Shown: positions 1 through 11,392, numbered from the stretch's first letter. The stretch: DNA of 64,000 bases from Bacteroidales bacterium (GCA_045627865.1 JAZQOK010000028.1:33653-97652); one strand, 5' to 3'. Program-made: numbers and translations. The notes: generated from the sequence alone by a model not told the origin.

Positions 1-661
1 ATTCGACATAGACATTCCTAGCATGGGCGAGCTTGATCTGCTCTTTCCAACCCGGTACGGTGACCATACCGAAATGACCGATGACGATCTTCAGATCGGG
101 ACACTCCTCGATGACCTCCTTCATCTGTCCGACGTGGTAATCACCATCGTACAAGCACATCGAAAGGAAGGCGCCACGCTCTTCAAGCAGGTGATAGATC
201 TCCATCATCTCGGGCGAGTTGATCTGCATGTCGGTGCCTGGGGCAAAGAGACGATGACCCGGGAAGGCCAGTCCCCTGAAGCCCAGATCGAGCAGCTGAC
301 GGGACTGTTCGAGGCCACTGCCCAGACCTAACTGTCGCTGCATGTCGAGACGCAACTCGGGCATGCCATAACAGAAGAAACGGTTGGGGTACTTCTGCTG
401 GACTTCGGCCAGATAGTTGTTCTGTAGACCGTCGATGATCTCCTGAACGATGACGGCTCCACCCACGCGGGCATAGTCCATATTGCTCAGGAAGACTTCG
501 GCGGTATTGTGTCCGTCGATCATGAAGGGGGGCAACATCTGTACCTCCTGTCCGAAGAACTCGGAACGGCTACCATTGGGCGATGAGGTACGAATGGCCT
601 GACCATCGACGGTTGTATTCTGTCGCATCCAGAGATGCGCATGTGCATCGATTATTGGCAT
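1..661 (-). CDS. Amidohydrolase-2 family sugar lactonase (L-galactono-/L-fucono-1,5-lactonase-like), runs off window edge
   Basis: Absent from the ORF track (no stop in window). Manual translation from ATG at 661: MPIIDAHAHLW...QMLPPFMIDGHNTAEVFLSNMDYARVGGAVIVQE...IGHFG. HxH metal motif; lies downstream of fucP. Confidence 0.8.
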   Translation of the reverse strand, partial: MPIIDAHAHLWMRQNTTVDGQAIRTSSPNGSRSEFFGQEVQMLPPFMIDGHNTAEVFLSNMDYARVGGAVIVQEIIDGLQNNYLAEVQQKYPNRFFCYGMPELRLDMQRQLGLGSGLEQSRQLLDLGFRGLAFPGHRLFAPGTDMQINSPEMMEIYHLLEERGAFLSMCLYDGDYHVGQMKEVIEECPDLKIVIGHFGMVTVPGWKEQIKLAHARNVYVE

Positions 662-699
662 ATTTGTGCGATGTGCGGTTAGGGATGAGCGGTTTGGGA

Positions 700-2031
700 T
701 TAGAGCTTCTTGTACGATCTCCAGCCATACCAGGCAATGAAGATGAAGCAGAGAAGCGGAAGGACGAAGCTGGCATTGACGCTTGGCAGGCCACACAGGA
801 TGTGGTCAGTTCCACCGGCATCGATGATCATGCCCTGCAAAGGTGGGAAGATACTGCCACCAACGATGGCCATGACGAGGAAGGCAGCACCGAGGGTGGA
901 GTCTTCGGCCGAGACATTCTCGAGCGCAATACCATAGATGGTCGGGAACATCAGACTCATGAAGAAACTGATGGCCATGAGGCAATAGAGACCAGCCATA
1001 CCATCGATCAGGATGGTGCCTGTGGTGGCGATGATCGCTCCGAGACCGAAGAGGGCCAGAAGGACACGGCCATTGAGGTATCGCATGAGGAAGGTGACGA
1101 TGAAGCGGGATGAGAGGAACATGACCATGGCTCCGATATTATACATCTGAGCGGTGGCCTTGTCGATGCCCAAACGGTCGGCATACTGGATGATGAAGGT
1201 CCAGGTCATAATCTGAGCAGCTACGTAGAAGACCTGTGCCAAAACACCCTCACGATAGATGTGATTGTGCCAGAGGTTCTTCAGGGTCTGCCTGTTCGAG
1301 ACTTTGGCTACGTCGCCCTTGGTGTCGGGTAATTTGGCCAGGGTGATGACGATCAGCATGACGACTACGACGCAACCGATGGCTACATACGGATTGCGGA
1401 TCACCGACAGGTCGTGCAGTCGGATGTCGGCCTTCTCGGCTTCGGACTTGGCATAATAGAGGATGTTACCGGCGGCATCGCGGGCATCGCTGATCAGATT
1501 CGGCAACACGATCATGCTGGCTACTGCCATGCCACACAACGAACCCATCGGATTGAAGGCCTGTGCCATGTTCAAACGACGGGTGGAGGTCTCTTTCGAG
1601 CCCAGACTCAGGATGTAGGGATTGGCGGTGGTTTCGAGGAAGGCGAGGCCGAAGGTCAGAATGTAGAGCGAGAAACAGAAGAAGGTGAAGCTCTGCAACT
1701 GGGCGGCTGGGATGAAGAGGAAGGCACCGATGGCATAGAGTAGCAATCCCAGCTGGATGCCTCCCTTGTAACTGTATTTACGGATGAACAGCGCAGCTGG
1801 CACGGCCATGGTGGCATATCCGCCATAGAAGGCGAACTGGACCATCGAGGCCTTGGCGGCACTGAGTTCCATCAGGGTCTGGAAGGCTGCTACCATCGGA
1901 TTGGTAATGTCGTTGGCAAAGCCCCAAAGTGCAAACAGAGTGGTAACAAGAATGAACGGAACCATGTAGCTCACTCCGTTGTGGTGGAGGATTGATTTCT
2001 GTTCCGGTTTAGCTTTAATGTTTGGATTCAT
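700..2031 (-). CDS. fucP: L-fucose:H+ symporter-family MFS permease
   Basis: LFALWGFANDITNPMV, LAFLETTANPY, RRLNMAQAFNPMG, FMSLMFPTIY motifs; ~12 TM segments. Confidence 0.88.
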   Translation of the reverse strand: MNPNIKAKPEQKSILHHNGVSYMVPFILVTTLFALWGFANDITNPMVAAFQTLMELSAAKASMVQFAFYGGYATMAVPAALFIRKYSYKGGIQLGLLLYAIGAFLFIPAAQLQSFTFFCFSLYILTFGLAFLETTANPYILSLGSKETSTRRLNMAQAFNPMGSLCGMAVASMIVLPNLISDARDAAGNILYYAKSEAEKADIRLHDLSVIRNPYVAIGCVVVVMLIVITLAKLPDTKGDVAKVSNRQTLKNLWHNHIYREGVLAQVFYVAAQIMTWTFIIQYADRLGIDKATAQMYNIGAMVMFLSSRFIVTFLMRYLNGRVLLALFGLGAIIATTGTILIDGMAGLYCLMAISFFMSLMFPTIYGIALENVSAEDSTLGAAFLVMAIVGGSIFPPLQGMIIDAGGTDHILCGLPSVNASFVLPLLCFIFIAWYGWRSYKKL

Positions 2032-2059
2032 GTTATAATGATTTAATGAAATATGCGGG

Positions 2060-2067
2060 CAAATTTA
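2060..2067 (-). promoter_or_regulatory. Bacteroidetes -7 promoter element (TAAATTTG) for fucP
   Basis: Matches TAnnTTTG about 30 bp upstream of the start codon. Confidence 0.6.
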
Positions 2068-2163
2068 CTCGTTTTTTTCGAAAAGTGCAAGGAAAAGTAC
2101 AAAAAAGGAAGAAAAATTGTACATTTTTGCCCGTATATGTTTGGATTATCGGTAAAAAAGCAC

Positions 2164-2171
2164 TACCTTTG
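2164..2171 (+). promoter_or_regulatory. Bacteroidetes -7 promoter element (TACCTTTG) for the aldolase-SSS-fucI operon
   Basis: TAnnTTTG with TTTG at 2140-2143 (20-bp spacer). Confidence 0.7.
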
Positions 2172-2244
2172 ACCCCGATTTCGGGCAGATTGCCTCTATT
2201 TCGCTCTTTGATCTTGAAACCAAATAAACACTTCTCTTATTAAC

Positions 2245-3177
2245 ATGAAACAACCTTTATGCGGAATTATACCGCCACTTGTTACACCTTTGAAAGACAA
2301 CGAAACTCTCGATGTCTATTCCCTTGAGCGCTTAATCAACCACCTCATAGATGGCGGTGTGCACGGATTGTTCATCCTGGGCACAACGGGCGAGGAACAG
2401 TCCCTCTCCTACAACGTCCGTCAGCAGATGATCCGCGAGACCTGCCGCATCAATGCAGGTCGCCTGCCTGTGCTGGTCTGCATCACCGACACCTCGCTGG
2501 TGGAATCGATCAAGCTGGCAAACATTGCCGCCGAATGTGGCGCCTCCGGACTGGTGAGCGCCCCACCTTATTACTTCGCCACCGGACAGCCAGAGCTGGC
2601 TCAGTTCTACGAGGAACTGGTACCACAGCTGCCTCTGCCTGTATTCCTATATAACATGCCTTCGCACGTGAAGGTAAACTTCGCACCTGCTACCGTGGCC
2701 CGTCTGTCGATGATGCCTCAGGTGGTCGGTCTGAAGGACTCGTCGGCCAATGCGGTCTACTTCCAGAGCGTGATGTATGCCGTGCAGAGCACCGGACGTC
2801 AGGATTTCGCCATGCTCTGCGGACCGGAGGAGATTACCGGCGAATGTGTGCTGATGGGTGGACACGGTGGCGTGAATGGCGGTGCCAACATGTTCCCGGA
2901 ACTCTATGTAGCCATGTACAACGCTGCGGTGAAGGGTGACATCCAGGAGATGCGCAGACTGCAGAAGTATATCATGCAGATCTCTTCGACCATCTATAGC
3001 ATCGGACAGCATGGTTCGAGCTACCTGAAGGGTCTGAAATGCGCCTGCAACCTGCTGGGCATCATCGAAAGCGACTTCGTGGCTTCGCCATTCTACAAGT
3101 TCAACCTGCCAGAGCGCATGAAGGTGCAAAAGGCACTCGAAGCTCTGCCTATCAAGGAGGGTAAGCTGATTATCTAA
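2245..3177 (+). CDS. DapA/NanA-family class I aldolase (probably a keto-deoxy sugar acid aldolase)
   Basis: GIIPPLVTP, GTTGE, LYNMP and Schiff-base GLKDSS motifs; sugar operon context. Confidence 0.85.
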   Translation: MKQPLCGIIPPLVTPLKDNETLDVYSLERLINHLIDGGVHGLFILGTTGEEQSLSYNVRQQMIRETCRINAGRLPVLVCITDTSLVESIKLANIAAECGASGLVSAPPYYFATGQPELAQFYEELVPQLPLPVFLYNMPSHVKVNFAPATVARLSMMPQVVGLKDSSANAVYFQSVMYAVQSTGRQDFAMLCGPEEITGECVLMGGHGGVNGGANMFPELYVAMYNAAVKGDIQEMRRLQKYIMQISSTIYSIGQHGSSYLKGLKCACNLLGIIESDFVASPFYKFNLPERMKVQKALEALPIKEGKLII

Positions 3178-4695
3178 ATGAATATTATTGACCTGATCGT
3201 CTTTCTTGTCTTTACTGGAGGCATCGTCCTGATGGGCAGCCTCTTCTACAAGAAAGGCACTTCTGCCAAGGAATTCACCAACGCGGGACGAAGTATCCCC
3301 GGATGGGTTGTCGGAATGAGCATCTTCTCGACCTACGTGTCGAGCATCAGCTATCTCGGCAATCCCGGTAAAGCCTATGCCTCGGACTGGAATCCGTTCG
3401 TGTTCGGTCTGAGCATACCGATCGCCTGCTGGATTGCTGCGCGATGGTTCGTCCCCTTCTACCGACGCCATTCGTCGGTCTCGGCCTATGCCTTCCTGGA
3501 GGAGAAATTCGGTCCGTGGGCTCGTATCTATGCCTCGGCCTGCTATCTGCTCACGCAGATTGCCCGCATGGGCTCGATCCTCTTCCTGCTGGCCATGCCA
3601 ATGAACATCCTGATGGGATGGGACCTGCGCACGGTGATCATCATTACGTCGGCCGCCATCATCTTCTATTCGATGCTGGGTGGCATGAAGGCGGTGATCT
3701 GGACCGAAGCGATCCAGGGATTCATCCTGATCGGTGGCGCACTGGTCTGTCTGGCGGTGCTGCTCTTCTCGATGCCTGAGGGTCCGCAGCAGGCGTTCCA
3801 GATTGCCTGGAACTCGCTCGACGCCACGGGTCACAACAAGTTCTCGCTGGGCTCGTTCGACTGTACGGATTTTGCTCACAGCACGTTCTGGGTCTGCCTG
3901 ATTTATGGCGTGTTCATCAACCTGCAGAACTATGGCATCGACCAGAACTATGTGCAGCGATACCACACAGCCAAAACCGAGAAGGAGGCAAAGCATGCGG
4001 CCCTATTCGGTGGCTGGCTCTATATTCCGGTCTCGGCACTGTTTTTCCTGATCGGAACTTGTCTGTATAGTTATTACCGCGTCTTTCCGGATGCCGAGGT
4101 GGCTGCTTTCGAGGCGGCTGGCAAGGCTGATTATGTTTTCCCTTACTTCATGGTACATTCGTTGCCACAAGGACTCACGGGCCTGCTGATTGCCTCGGTC
4201 TTCGCGGCTGGCATGAGCACGGTGGCCACTTCGGTCACTTCGTGTTCGACGATCATCCTGACCGACTACTGGATGCGTATGCGCCGTCATATACACCGTC
4301 CGGGCAAGGATCGCAATGCGGGCATCGGTGATAAGGAGCATCTGGCGGTACTGAAGCTATCGAGCGTCGGTATCGGTGTGCTGGGGATCATCGTGGCTCT
4401 GGCTCTGGTCAATGTGAACAGCATCCTGGATGCCTGGTGGAAACTCTCAAGTATCTTCTCGGGCGGTATGCTGGGACTCTTCCTGCTGGGTTACCTGTCG
4501 CAACATGTCAAGAACATCCACGCTCTGCTGGGTGTACTCTGCGGTTTTGCCGTGATTGCCTGGATCTCGGCCTGGGAATGGCTGGGTCTGCCGGACCCGG
4601 GACTCCACTCCTATCTGGCGATCGTGCTGGGCACCATGACGATCTTTTTCATCGGATTCTTTCTCTCAATATCAATAAAACCTAAAAACAAATAA
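3178..4695 (+). CDS. Sodium:solute symporter (SSS) family sugar transporter
   Basis: [48 protein letters not shown] motifs. Confidence 0.9.
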   Translation: MNIIDLIVFLVFTGGIVLMGSLFYKKGTSAKEFTNAGRSIPGWVVGMSIFSTYVSSISYLGNPGKAYASDWNPFVFGLSIPIACWIAARWFVPFYRRHSSVSAYAFLEEKFGPWARIYASACYLLTQIARMGSILFLLAMPMNILMGWDLRTVIIITSAAIIFYSMLGGMKAVIWTEAIQGFILIGGALVCLAVLLFSMPEGPQQAFQIAWNSLDATGHNKFSLGSFDCTDFAHSTFWVCLIYGVFINLQNYGIDQNYVQRYHTAKTEKEAKHAALFGGWLYIPVSALFFLIGTCLYSYYRVFPDAEVAAFEAAGKADYVFPYFMVHSLPQGLTGLLIASVFAAGMSTVATSVTSCSTIILTDYWMRMRRHIHRPGKDRNAGIGDKEHLAVLKLSSVGIGVLGIIVALALVNVNSILDAWWKLSSIFSGGMLGLFLLGYLSQHVKNIHALLGVLCGFAVIAWISAWEWLGLPDPGLHSYLAIVLGTMTIFFIGFFLSISIKPKNK

Positions 4696-4711
4696 CCAAA
4701 TTTATAAGACT

Positions 4712-6529
4712 ATGAAATACCCAAAGATTGGCATCCGTCCGGTGATTGACGGACGTCAGGGAGGCGTGCGCGAAAGCCTCGAAGATAAGACCATGGCCCT
4801 CGCTAAGGCGGTGGCTGACCTGATCGGAACGAACCTCCGAAATGGTGACGGAAGTGCTGTGGAATGCGTCATTGCAGATACAACCATCGGCCGTGTGGGC
4901 GAGAGTGCTGCCTGTGCCGAGAAGTTCGAACGCGAAGGGGTAGGTTCGACCATTACTGTCACCTCATGCTGGTGCTACGGTTCGGAGACGATGGATATGG
5001 ATCCAACCCACCCGAAGGCTGTGTGGGGATTCAATGGCACGGAACGTCCGGGTGCCGTCTATCTGGCTGCCGTGCTGGCGGCACATGCCCAGAAGGGTTT
5101 GCCTGCCTATGGCATCTATGGCCACGACGTGCAGGATCTGCCGGATAATACCATCCCAGCTGATGCTGCCGAGAAGATCCTCCGTTTTGCCCGTGCTGCT
5201 CAGGCTGTGGCAACGATGCGTGGCAAGTCATACCTGAGCCTCGGAAATACCTGTATGGGTATTGCCGGATCGATCGTGAATGCTGACTTCCTGCAGCAGT
5301 ATCTGGGCATGCGAACCGAGTATGTCTCGCTGGTGGAAATTCTTCGTCGCGTGGATTTCGGCATCTACGACAAACAGGAGTTCGAGAAGGCCATGACCTG
5401 GGTCGAGAAATACTGCAAACCGAACGAGGGACACGACTACAACGAGGACCGTCAGGTACTGCCTGGTACTCCGATGACTACCTACAACGGTAAGGGCAAG
5501 GGTAAGACCCGCGCCGAGAAGGATGAGGACTGGGAGTTCACCGTGAAGTGCATGATGATCATCAACGACCTGATGCACGGCTCGAAGAAGCTGCTCGAAA
5601 TGGGTTACAAAGAGGAGGCCATCGGACATAACGCCATCGCTGCCGGTGTGCAGGGTCAGCGTCAGTGGACCGACTACAAGCCGAACTTCGACTTCCCGGA
5701 GTCGCTGATGTGCACCAGTTTTGACTGGAACGGCATTCGTGAGGCTAACATCCTGGCTACCGAGAACGACTTCCTGAACGGTATGTCAATGCTCTTCGGC
5801 CACCTGCTGACCAACAAGGGCGTGATGTTCTCGGATGTGCGCACCTACTGGAGCCCAGAGGCGGTTGAACGTGTGGCTGGCAAACGTCCGGAGGGAGCTG
5901 CTGCGGGTGGTTTCATCCATCTGATCAACTCTGGTGCGACTACCCTCGATGCGACAGGTGCCATGACCGATGCCCAGGGCAAGCCTACCATGAAGTCACA
6001 CTGGGAGATGACCGACCAGGATGTTGAGGCTTGTCTGAAGGCTACCCAGTGGATGCCTGCTGACCGCGATTACTTCCGTGGTGGTGGTTACTCTTCGCAC
6101 TTCGTGACCAAGGGCGGTATGCCTATGACCATGCTCCGCATCAACATCGTGCAGGGTCTTGGCCCAGTGCTGCAACTGGCCGAGGGCTGGAGCGTGGAAC
6201 TCGATCCGAAGACCCACGACATTCTCGACAAACGTACCGACCCAACCTGGCCTACCACCTGGTTCGCTCCTCGCCTCGATTCGTCGAAGGATGCCTTCAA
6301 GGACGTCTATAGCGTGATGAACAACTGGGGTGCTAACCACGGTGCCATCGCTTATGGTCACATTGGTTCGGATCTGATTACGCTCTGCTCGATGCTCCGT
6401 ATCCCTGTCTGCATGCACAATGTGGATGATAAAAACATCTTCCGTCCGGCCTGCTGGAATGCTTTCGGCATGGACAAGGAGGGTGCCGATTACCGTGCTT
6501 GCCAGACCTTCGGAGCCCTCTATAAGTAA
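4712..6529 (+). CDS. fucI: L-fucose (D-arabinose) isomerase
   Basis: [57 protein letters not shown]. Confidence 0.96.
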   Translation: MKYPKIGIRPVIDGRQGGVRESLEDKTMALAKAVADLIGTNLRNGDGSAVECVIADTTIGRVGESAACAEKFEREGVGSTITVTSCWCYGSETMDMDPTHPKAVWGFNGTERPGAVYLAAVLAAHAQKGLPAYGIYGHDVQDLPDNTIPADAAEKILRFARAAQAVATMRGKSYLSLGNTCMGIAGSIVNADFLQQYLGMRTEYVSLVEILRRVDFGIYDKQEFEKAMTWVEKYCKPNEGHDYNEDRQVLPGTPMTTYNGKGKGKTRAEKDEDWEFTVKCMMIINDLMHGSKKLLEMGYKEEAIGHNAIAAGVQGQRQWTDYKPNFDFPESLMCTSFDWNGIREANILATENDFLNGMSMLFGHLLTNKGVMFSDVRTYWSPEAVERVAGKRPEGAAAGGFIHLINSGATTLDATGAMTDAQGKPTMKSHWEMTDQDVEACLKATQWMPADRDYFRGGGYSSHFVTKGGMPMTMLRINIVQGLGPVLQLAEGWSVELDPKTHDILDKRTDPTWPTTWFAPRLDSSKDAFKDVYSVMNNWGANHGAIAYGHIGSDLITLCSMLRIPVCMHNVDDKNIFRPACWNAFGMDKEGADYRACQTFGALYK

Positions 6530-6620
6530 ACAACCCGAGCATTTCTGCACAACAAATGTAAAAAAAGTGCCAAAACGACAAATTTTGGCGCTTTTTTTTG
6601 GTTTTATACGCGGAATTCCG

Positions 6621-6628
6621 TAACTTTG
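6621..6628 (+). promoter_or_regulatory. -7 promoter element (TAACTTTG) for porX
   Basis: TAnnTTTG with TTTG at 6597-6600 (20-bp spacer). It places the real start at ATG 6650 rather than the track's 6626. Confidence 0.7.
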
Positions 6629-6649
6629 CACCATAGATTACATGTAATT

Positions 6650-8218
6650 ATGAGCAATCCGCAACTTCTCTGGGCCGACGATGAGATCGACCTGCTCAAG
6701 CCCCACGTGATGTTCCTTCAGCAGAAGGGATACGACGTTACAACCGTTACCAACGGTCAGGATGCCTTGGACCAGGTCCGACAGAAGAGCTTCGATCTCG
6801 TCTTCCTCGACGAAAACATGCCCGGTATCTCCGGATTGGAAACTCTGCAAGGTATCAAGGAATTACAGCCCTCCCTGCCGGTTATCATGGTAACCAAGAG
6901 CGAGGAGGAGAACATCATGGACCAGGCCATCGGCGGTAAGATTGCCGACTATCTGATCAAGCCGGTCCTCCCCTCACAGATGCTGCTAAGCATCAAGAAA
7001 AACCTTCATGCACGCGAAATCACCCAGCAACGACAGACCTCCGACTACCAGCAGGAGTTCGGTCGACTGAGCATGGCCATCAACGATGCCCGTTCGTTCG
7101 AGGACTGGGTGGATGTCTATAAGCGACTGGTCTTCTGGGAGACGGAACTGAGCCAGAGCGAGGATCCAGGTCTGGGTCAGATGCTCCTGATGCAGAAGGA
7201 TGAGGCTAATACGCAGTTCTCGAAGTTCGTGAAGCGTAACTACGAAAGCTGGATCAAGGAGAAAATCTCGCCGGTCAATGCTCAGGGTCAGGCTCCGATC
7301 ATGTCGACCGATATCTTCAAGACCAAGGTCTTCCCTGCCCTCGACAATGGCGAGAAGGTCTTCCTCGTGGTCATCGATAATTTCCGTCTGGACCAATGGC
7401 GTACCATCCAACCCCTGCTGGCTGAATACTTCAACTGCAGCGAGGAGGTCTACTGCTCGATCCTTCCGACGGCTACCCAATATGCCCGCAACGCCATCTT
7501 CTCGGGCCTGCTGCCTGACAAGATTGCCCAGATGTTCCCGGAACTCTGGGTGGATGAGGATAGCGAGGAGGGCAAGAACCTGAACGAGGCACCACTGATC
7601 CAAACCCAGCTGGACCGCTATCGCAAACCATACACCTTCTCGTACCACAAGGTCAATGAATCGCGATTCGGCGAACATCTGGTGGCTCAGTTGAAGAGCC
7701 TCAACCAGCATCCACTCAATGTGGTTGTGCTGAATTTCATCGACATGCTGAGCCATGCCCGTACGGACATCAAAGTGGTCAACGAACTGGCCAACAACGA
7801 GGCTGCCTATCGCGCTTTGACCAAGACCTGGATGGAACACAGTTCGACACTCGATCTGTTCCGCCGCATGGCAGAAATGGGATACAAGGTGATCCTCACT
7901 ACCGATCATGGCACCGTCCGCGTGGACAATGCCGTGAAGATCATAGGAGATAAAAACGTCAACACCAATCTTCGTTACAAGTTAGGCAAGAATCTGAACT
8001 TCCAGGACAAGAACCTCTACGAGATTACCCGTCCGAAGGATTTCGGTCTGCCAATCCTGAACCTCTCGACAAGTTATGTATTTGCTACGGGTCGCGACTT
8101 CCTCGCCTATCCGAACAATTACAATTACTACGTCCAGCACTTCAAGGATACTTTCCAGCATGGAGGTATCTCGATGGAAGAGATGCTGATTCCACTCATT
8201 ACCATGATTCCGAAATAA
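6650..8218 (+). CDS. porX: Response regulator with PglZ/alkaline-phosphatase domain (T9SS regulator PorX)
   Basis: Receiver domain (LLWADDEID, LDENMPG) plus PglZ domain (IDNFRLDQW, SILPTATQYARNAIF, TTDHG, FQHGGISMEEM). Confidence 0.92.
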   Translation: MSNPQLLWADDEIDLLKPHVMFLQQKGYDVTTVTNGQDALDQVRQKSFDLVFLDENMPGISGLETLQGIKELQPSLPVIMVTKSEEENIMDQAIGGKIADYLIKPVLPSQMLLSIKKNLHAREITQQRQTSDYQQEFGRLSMAINDARSFEDWVDVYKRLVFWETELSQSEDPGLGQMLLMQKDEANTQFSKFVKRNYESWIKEKISPVNAQGQAPIMSTDIFKTKVFPALDNGEKVFLVVIDNFRLDQWRTIQPLLAEYFNCSEEVYCSILPTATQYARNAIFSGLLPDKIAQMFPELWVDEDSEEGKNLNEAPLIQTQLDRYRKPYTFSYHKVNESRFGEHLVAQLKSLNQHPLNVVVLNFIDMLSHARTDIKVVNELANNEAAYRALTKTWMEHSSTLDLFRRMAEMGYKVILTTDHGTVRVDNAVKIIGDKNVNTNLRYKLGKNLNFQDKNLYEITRPKDFGLPILNLSTSYVFATGRDFLAYPNNYNYYVQHFKDTFQHGGISMEEMLIPLITMIPK

Positions 8219-8236
8219 CACAGCAAAGCCCAAATA

Positions 8237-9808
8237 ATGACAACGCAATTATTAGATATCAACAACTACTCTTTTGATATGAAATCAAGATTAAATGCAG
8301 TACTTGAGCAAAGCATCAAGGATCATTGGGATCTTCCCTGCTTCTCGAACTTCCAGGGTGAATCATTCACTTACCACGAGGTAGCTCAACAGATTGCTAA
8401 ATATCATCAGGACTGGCGTGAGGCCGGTCTTGAACCTGGCTTCCGTGTGGCCATCTGTGGACGTAACAGTGCTCAATGGAGCATCGCCCTGCTGGCTGCC
8501 TTCACCTATGGTGCGGTGGCCGTTCCTCTCCTCCACGAGTTTACTCCCGAGATGGTAGAACGCCTCGTGGCTCACTCGGAGAGCAAGATTCTGCTTACGA
8601 ACCAGAACCTGGTAACCCTGCAGGATTGCCCTGAGGTGAATCCAGAGAATCTGCACTACTACCGTCATCAGCCCGATGAACTGCTCATGATCAACTACAC
8701 CTCCGGAACCACTTCCGCTCCTAAGGGTGTCATGATTCCAGAGCGCGCCATGTGGAGCAATATGGCCTTTGCCGAGCAGGTTTTGCCAAACCTACATGCT
8801 GGACAGAAGGTTGTTTCACTTCTGCCTACGGCACACCTTTATGGCATGGCTTTCGAGTTGATGTATGAGTTCTGTATCGGTGTTCACATCACCTTCATCA
8901 CCTCGGCATTGGCAGCACCAACCATCCTCAAGGCATTCAAGGAGGTCAAGCCAATCATCGTCATTGTCGTTCCAATGTTGATCGAGAAAATTGTCCGTAA
9001 GGGTATTCTCCCTAAGTACAACGATCCAAAGATGCGCATGCTCCGCAAGGTGCCTATGGTACGTAATACCATCAACGCAAAGTTCCGTCAGGGCCTGATC
9101 GATGCTATGGGTGGAAACATCTATGAGGTAATCATCGGTGGTGCTGCTCTGAATTCGGAGGTTGAGGAGGTACTCAAGGAGATCAAATTCCCTTACACCG
9201 TGGGCTATGGCATGACGGAGTGTGCTCCAATCATCGGCTATGCTGACTGGAAGGATTTTGTCCGTTCGTCGTGCGGTAAGGCTGCGCCACGCATGGAGGT
9301 GAAGATCGATAGCGAGGATCCACAGAACGTGCCTGGCGAGATCCTGACCCGCGGTATGAATGTGATGCTCGGTTACTACAAGAACGAGGAGGCTACCAGC
9401 AAGACCATCGATGCCGAGGGTTGGCTGCATACAGGCGATATGGGTGTGATCGACTCGGTCGGTAACATCTTCATCCGCGGTCGTATCAAGAACATGCTGT
9501 TGAGCGGTTCTGGCCAGAATATCTATCCGGAGGAAATCGAGGCTGAGGTAAACAACCTGCCATATGTGGTGGAGAGCGTCGTAGTTCAGCGTGAGCATCG
9601 ACTCGTTGCCCTCACCTACCCGGATCGCGAAGCTGCCAAGGCTGCCGGTATGGCCGACGACAACGCTATCCTCGAACATCTGGAGGGTCTGCGCAAGAAC
9701 ATGAACAAGAAGTTCCCGGTTTATGCACAGGTCAATGCCTTCGAACTGGTTGACGTGGAGTTTGAAAAGACACCAAAGAAGTCTATCAAGCGCTTCATGT
9801 ATAAGTAA
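8237..9808 (+). CDS. Long-chain fatty acid-CoA ligase (AMP-binding)
   Basis: YTSGTTSAPKGV, GYGMTE, WLHTGD, GQNIYPEEIE; the start could be ATG 8279. Confidence 0.9.
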   Translation: MTTQLLDINNYSFDMKSRLNAVLEQSIKDHWDLPCFSNFQGESFTYHEVAQQIAKYHQDWREAGLEPGFRVAICGRNSAQWSIALLAAFTYGAVAVPLLHEFTPEMVERLVAHSESKILLTNQNLVTLQDCPEVNPENLHYYRHQPDELLMINYTSGTTSAPKGVMIPERAMWSNMAFAEQVLPNLHAGQKVVSLLPTAHLYGMAFELMYEFCIGVHITFITSALAAPTILKAFKEVKPIIVIVVPMLIEKIVRKGILPKYNDPKMRMLRKVPMVRNTINAKFRQGLIDAMGGNIYEVIIGGAALNSEVEEVLKEIKFPYTVGYGMTECAPIIGYADWKDFVRSSCGKAAPRMEVKIDSEDPQNVPGEILTRGMNVMLGYYKNEEATSKTIDAEGWLHTGDMGVIDSVGNIFIRGRIKNMLLSGSGQNIYPEEIEAEVNNLPYVVESVVVQREHRLVALTYPDREAAKAAGMADDNAILEHLEGLRKNMNKKFPVYAQVNAFELVDVEFEKTPKKSIKRFMYK

Positions 9809-9847
9809 GCCCCCCCCAGCCCCCTTTAGGGGGAGTATATAGAATAT

Positions 9848-10450
9848 ATGCAGAAGGAAATAGCAAAAAGATCGAACCTCCTGAAGATGGAGGCGACAAT
9901 ACTCTTTACACAAATCAGGAACCAGCAGGAATCGTCCCGCTGGTTCTTCTTCGATGAGGCCCGTCGTCAGGGTTTCCCGATCCAGCAGTCGCAGAGTATC
10001 TCGCCCTATCGCGCTTCGCTGCATTTCCGCTATGTGCATGCAGGAATACTGTATGATGCCTACCTGGAACGGGAGGCTCATGTCGGAGAGATCGGCGATG
10101 ATATGTGGACTCTCTCCTTCCCGGGCATCGAAGGCAAAACGCAGGCTCTGCTGCTGCGCGAACATCTGTCGTCGCTGCGGGAGGCAGGGTTCGACATCCC
10201 GAATGGCGAGGAGTATCTGGACCGACAGATGAATTTCTCGCTGGGACTGTATGCTTCATGCCTGATGCGCGTCGATGTCAAGTTCCCTCTGCACCAACCG
10301 CCCTTCCCCTGCTTCTGCCAGATTCTGGATCACCTCGAGCAATATGAGACCCGTTCAGCGTGCGATCTGCATGCACTGGAACGTTCGTTGCATACCGACG
10401 ACGATGAGACGCCAGACATCCTCTACGGAGATTGGCAGACCTGGAAATAA
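9848..10450 (+). CDS. Hypothetical protein
   Basis: 200-aa ORF fills the gap co-directionally with host-like codon usage; no motif recognised. Confidence 0.6.
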   Translation: MQKEIAKRSNLLKMEATILFTQIRNQQESSRWFFFDEARRQGFPIQQSQSISPYRASLHFRYVHAGILYDAYLEREAHVGEIGDDMWTLSFPGIEGKTQALLLREHLSSLREAGFDIPNGEEYLDRQMNFSLGLYASCLMRVDVKFPLHQPPFPCFCQILDHLEQYETRSACDLHALERSLHTDDDETPDILYGDWQTWK

Positions 10451-10480
10451 ACCGCTCATCGCTTAATCCCTCATCGCAAC

Positions 10481-11392
10481 ATGCCCATCCAATCCCGCCT
10501 CCTTGGTTATATGTATGCCATCCTTTCGGCTGCTGCCTATGGTACGAATCCGATCTTTGCCAAACCGCTCTATAACGATGGCATGAATCCGGATTCCGTG
10601 CTGTTGTTCCGCTATATCTTTGCCGTGGCTGTGATGGCTCTGATGATGCTGTACAACGGTTGGAAACGGGGTACGATGCTTGAGACTTTCCGTGTGAGCC
10701 GGCACAACATCCCACAGCTGATCCTGTTGGGTTTCCTGATGGCGCTGAGCTCGCTGACGCTCTTCTGCAGCTATAATTTCATCCCTGTAGGCATTGCTTC
10801 GACTCTGCTGTTCGTGTATCCGATCCTGACGGCATTGATCATGACACTGTGCTACCACGAACGACTCTCGTGGCTGGTGATTCTCTGTCTGGCCATTGCC
10901 TGCAGCGGTATCGTCATGCTCTGTCCGATGGAGGAGGGTCAGATTACCCTGAGCGGTGACTTCCTGATCGGATTCCTGGTGGTGATGCTCTCGGGTCTGG
11001 CCTATGCCATCTATCTGGTGGGACTGAACAAGACCCGTCTGCGCAATGTGGCTTCGATGTCAGTCACGCTCTATGTGCTCATCTTCGGTACGCTCCTGTT
11101 CGTGGGACGTCTGTTCTTCTCGCCTCTCACACTGCCGGAACATCCGATCATGTGGCTGAACCTGCTGGCTCTGGGAATCTTCCCAACAGTGGTTTCGCTG
11201 GTATGTACGGCCAAGGCCATCCAGAACATCGGCAGTACACAGACCGCCCTGTGTGGTGCCCTAGAACCGGTAACTGCCGTGGTGCTAGGTGTCATCATCC
11301 TGGGCGAGTCGGTTTCGATGCGCGATGTTATAGGCATGGTACTTATCTTCTTGGCGGTCACATTGGTTGTTATTCGTCGCAAAAAGTCATAA
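10481..11392 (+). CDS. DMT/EamA family transporter
   Basis: 10 TM segments, duplicated EamA pattern (GIASTLLFVYP; ALEPVTAVVLGVIILGE). Confidence 0.88.
   Translation: MPIQSRLLGYMYAILSAAAYGTNPIFAKPLYNDGMNPDSVLLFRYIFAVAVMALMMLYNGWKRGTMLETFRVSRHNIPQLILLGFLMALSSLTLFCSYNFIPVGIASTLLFVYPILTALIMTLCYHERLSWLVILCLAIACSGIVMLCPMEEGQITLSGDFLIGFLVVMLSGLAYAIYLVGLNKTRLRNVASMSVTLYVLIFGTLLFVGRLFFSPLTLPEHPIMWLNLLALGIFPTVVSLVCTAKAIQNIGSTQTALCGALEPVTAVVLGVIILGESVSMRDVIGMVLIFLAVTLVVIRRKKS

Noticed and set aside
2647..3996. 449-aa antisense ORF (likewise 8816-10165, 6986-7909, 48534-49259 and others)
   Set aside because: Shadow frames opposite well-supported genes; no recognisable motifs
6650..8218. PglZ domain as a sign of BREX phage defence
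   Set aside because: It is fused to a receiver domain in the PorX architecture and no brx genes are nearby
9809..9835. C-run/G-run hairpin after the acyl-CoA ligase
   Set aside because: Single short copy with no U-tract; cannot distinguish a REP-like element from a weak terminator
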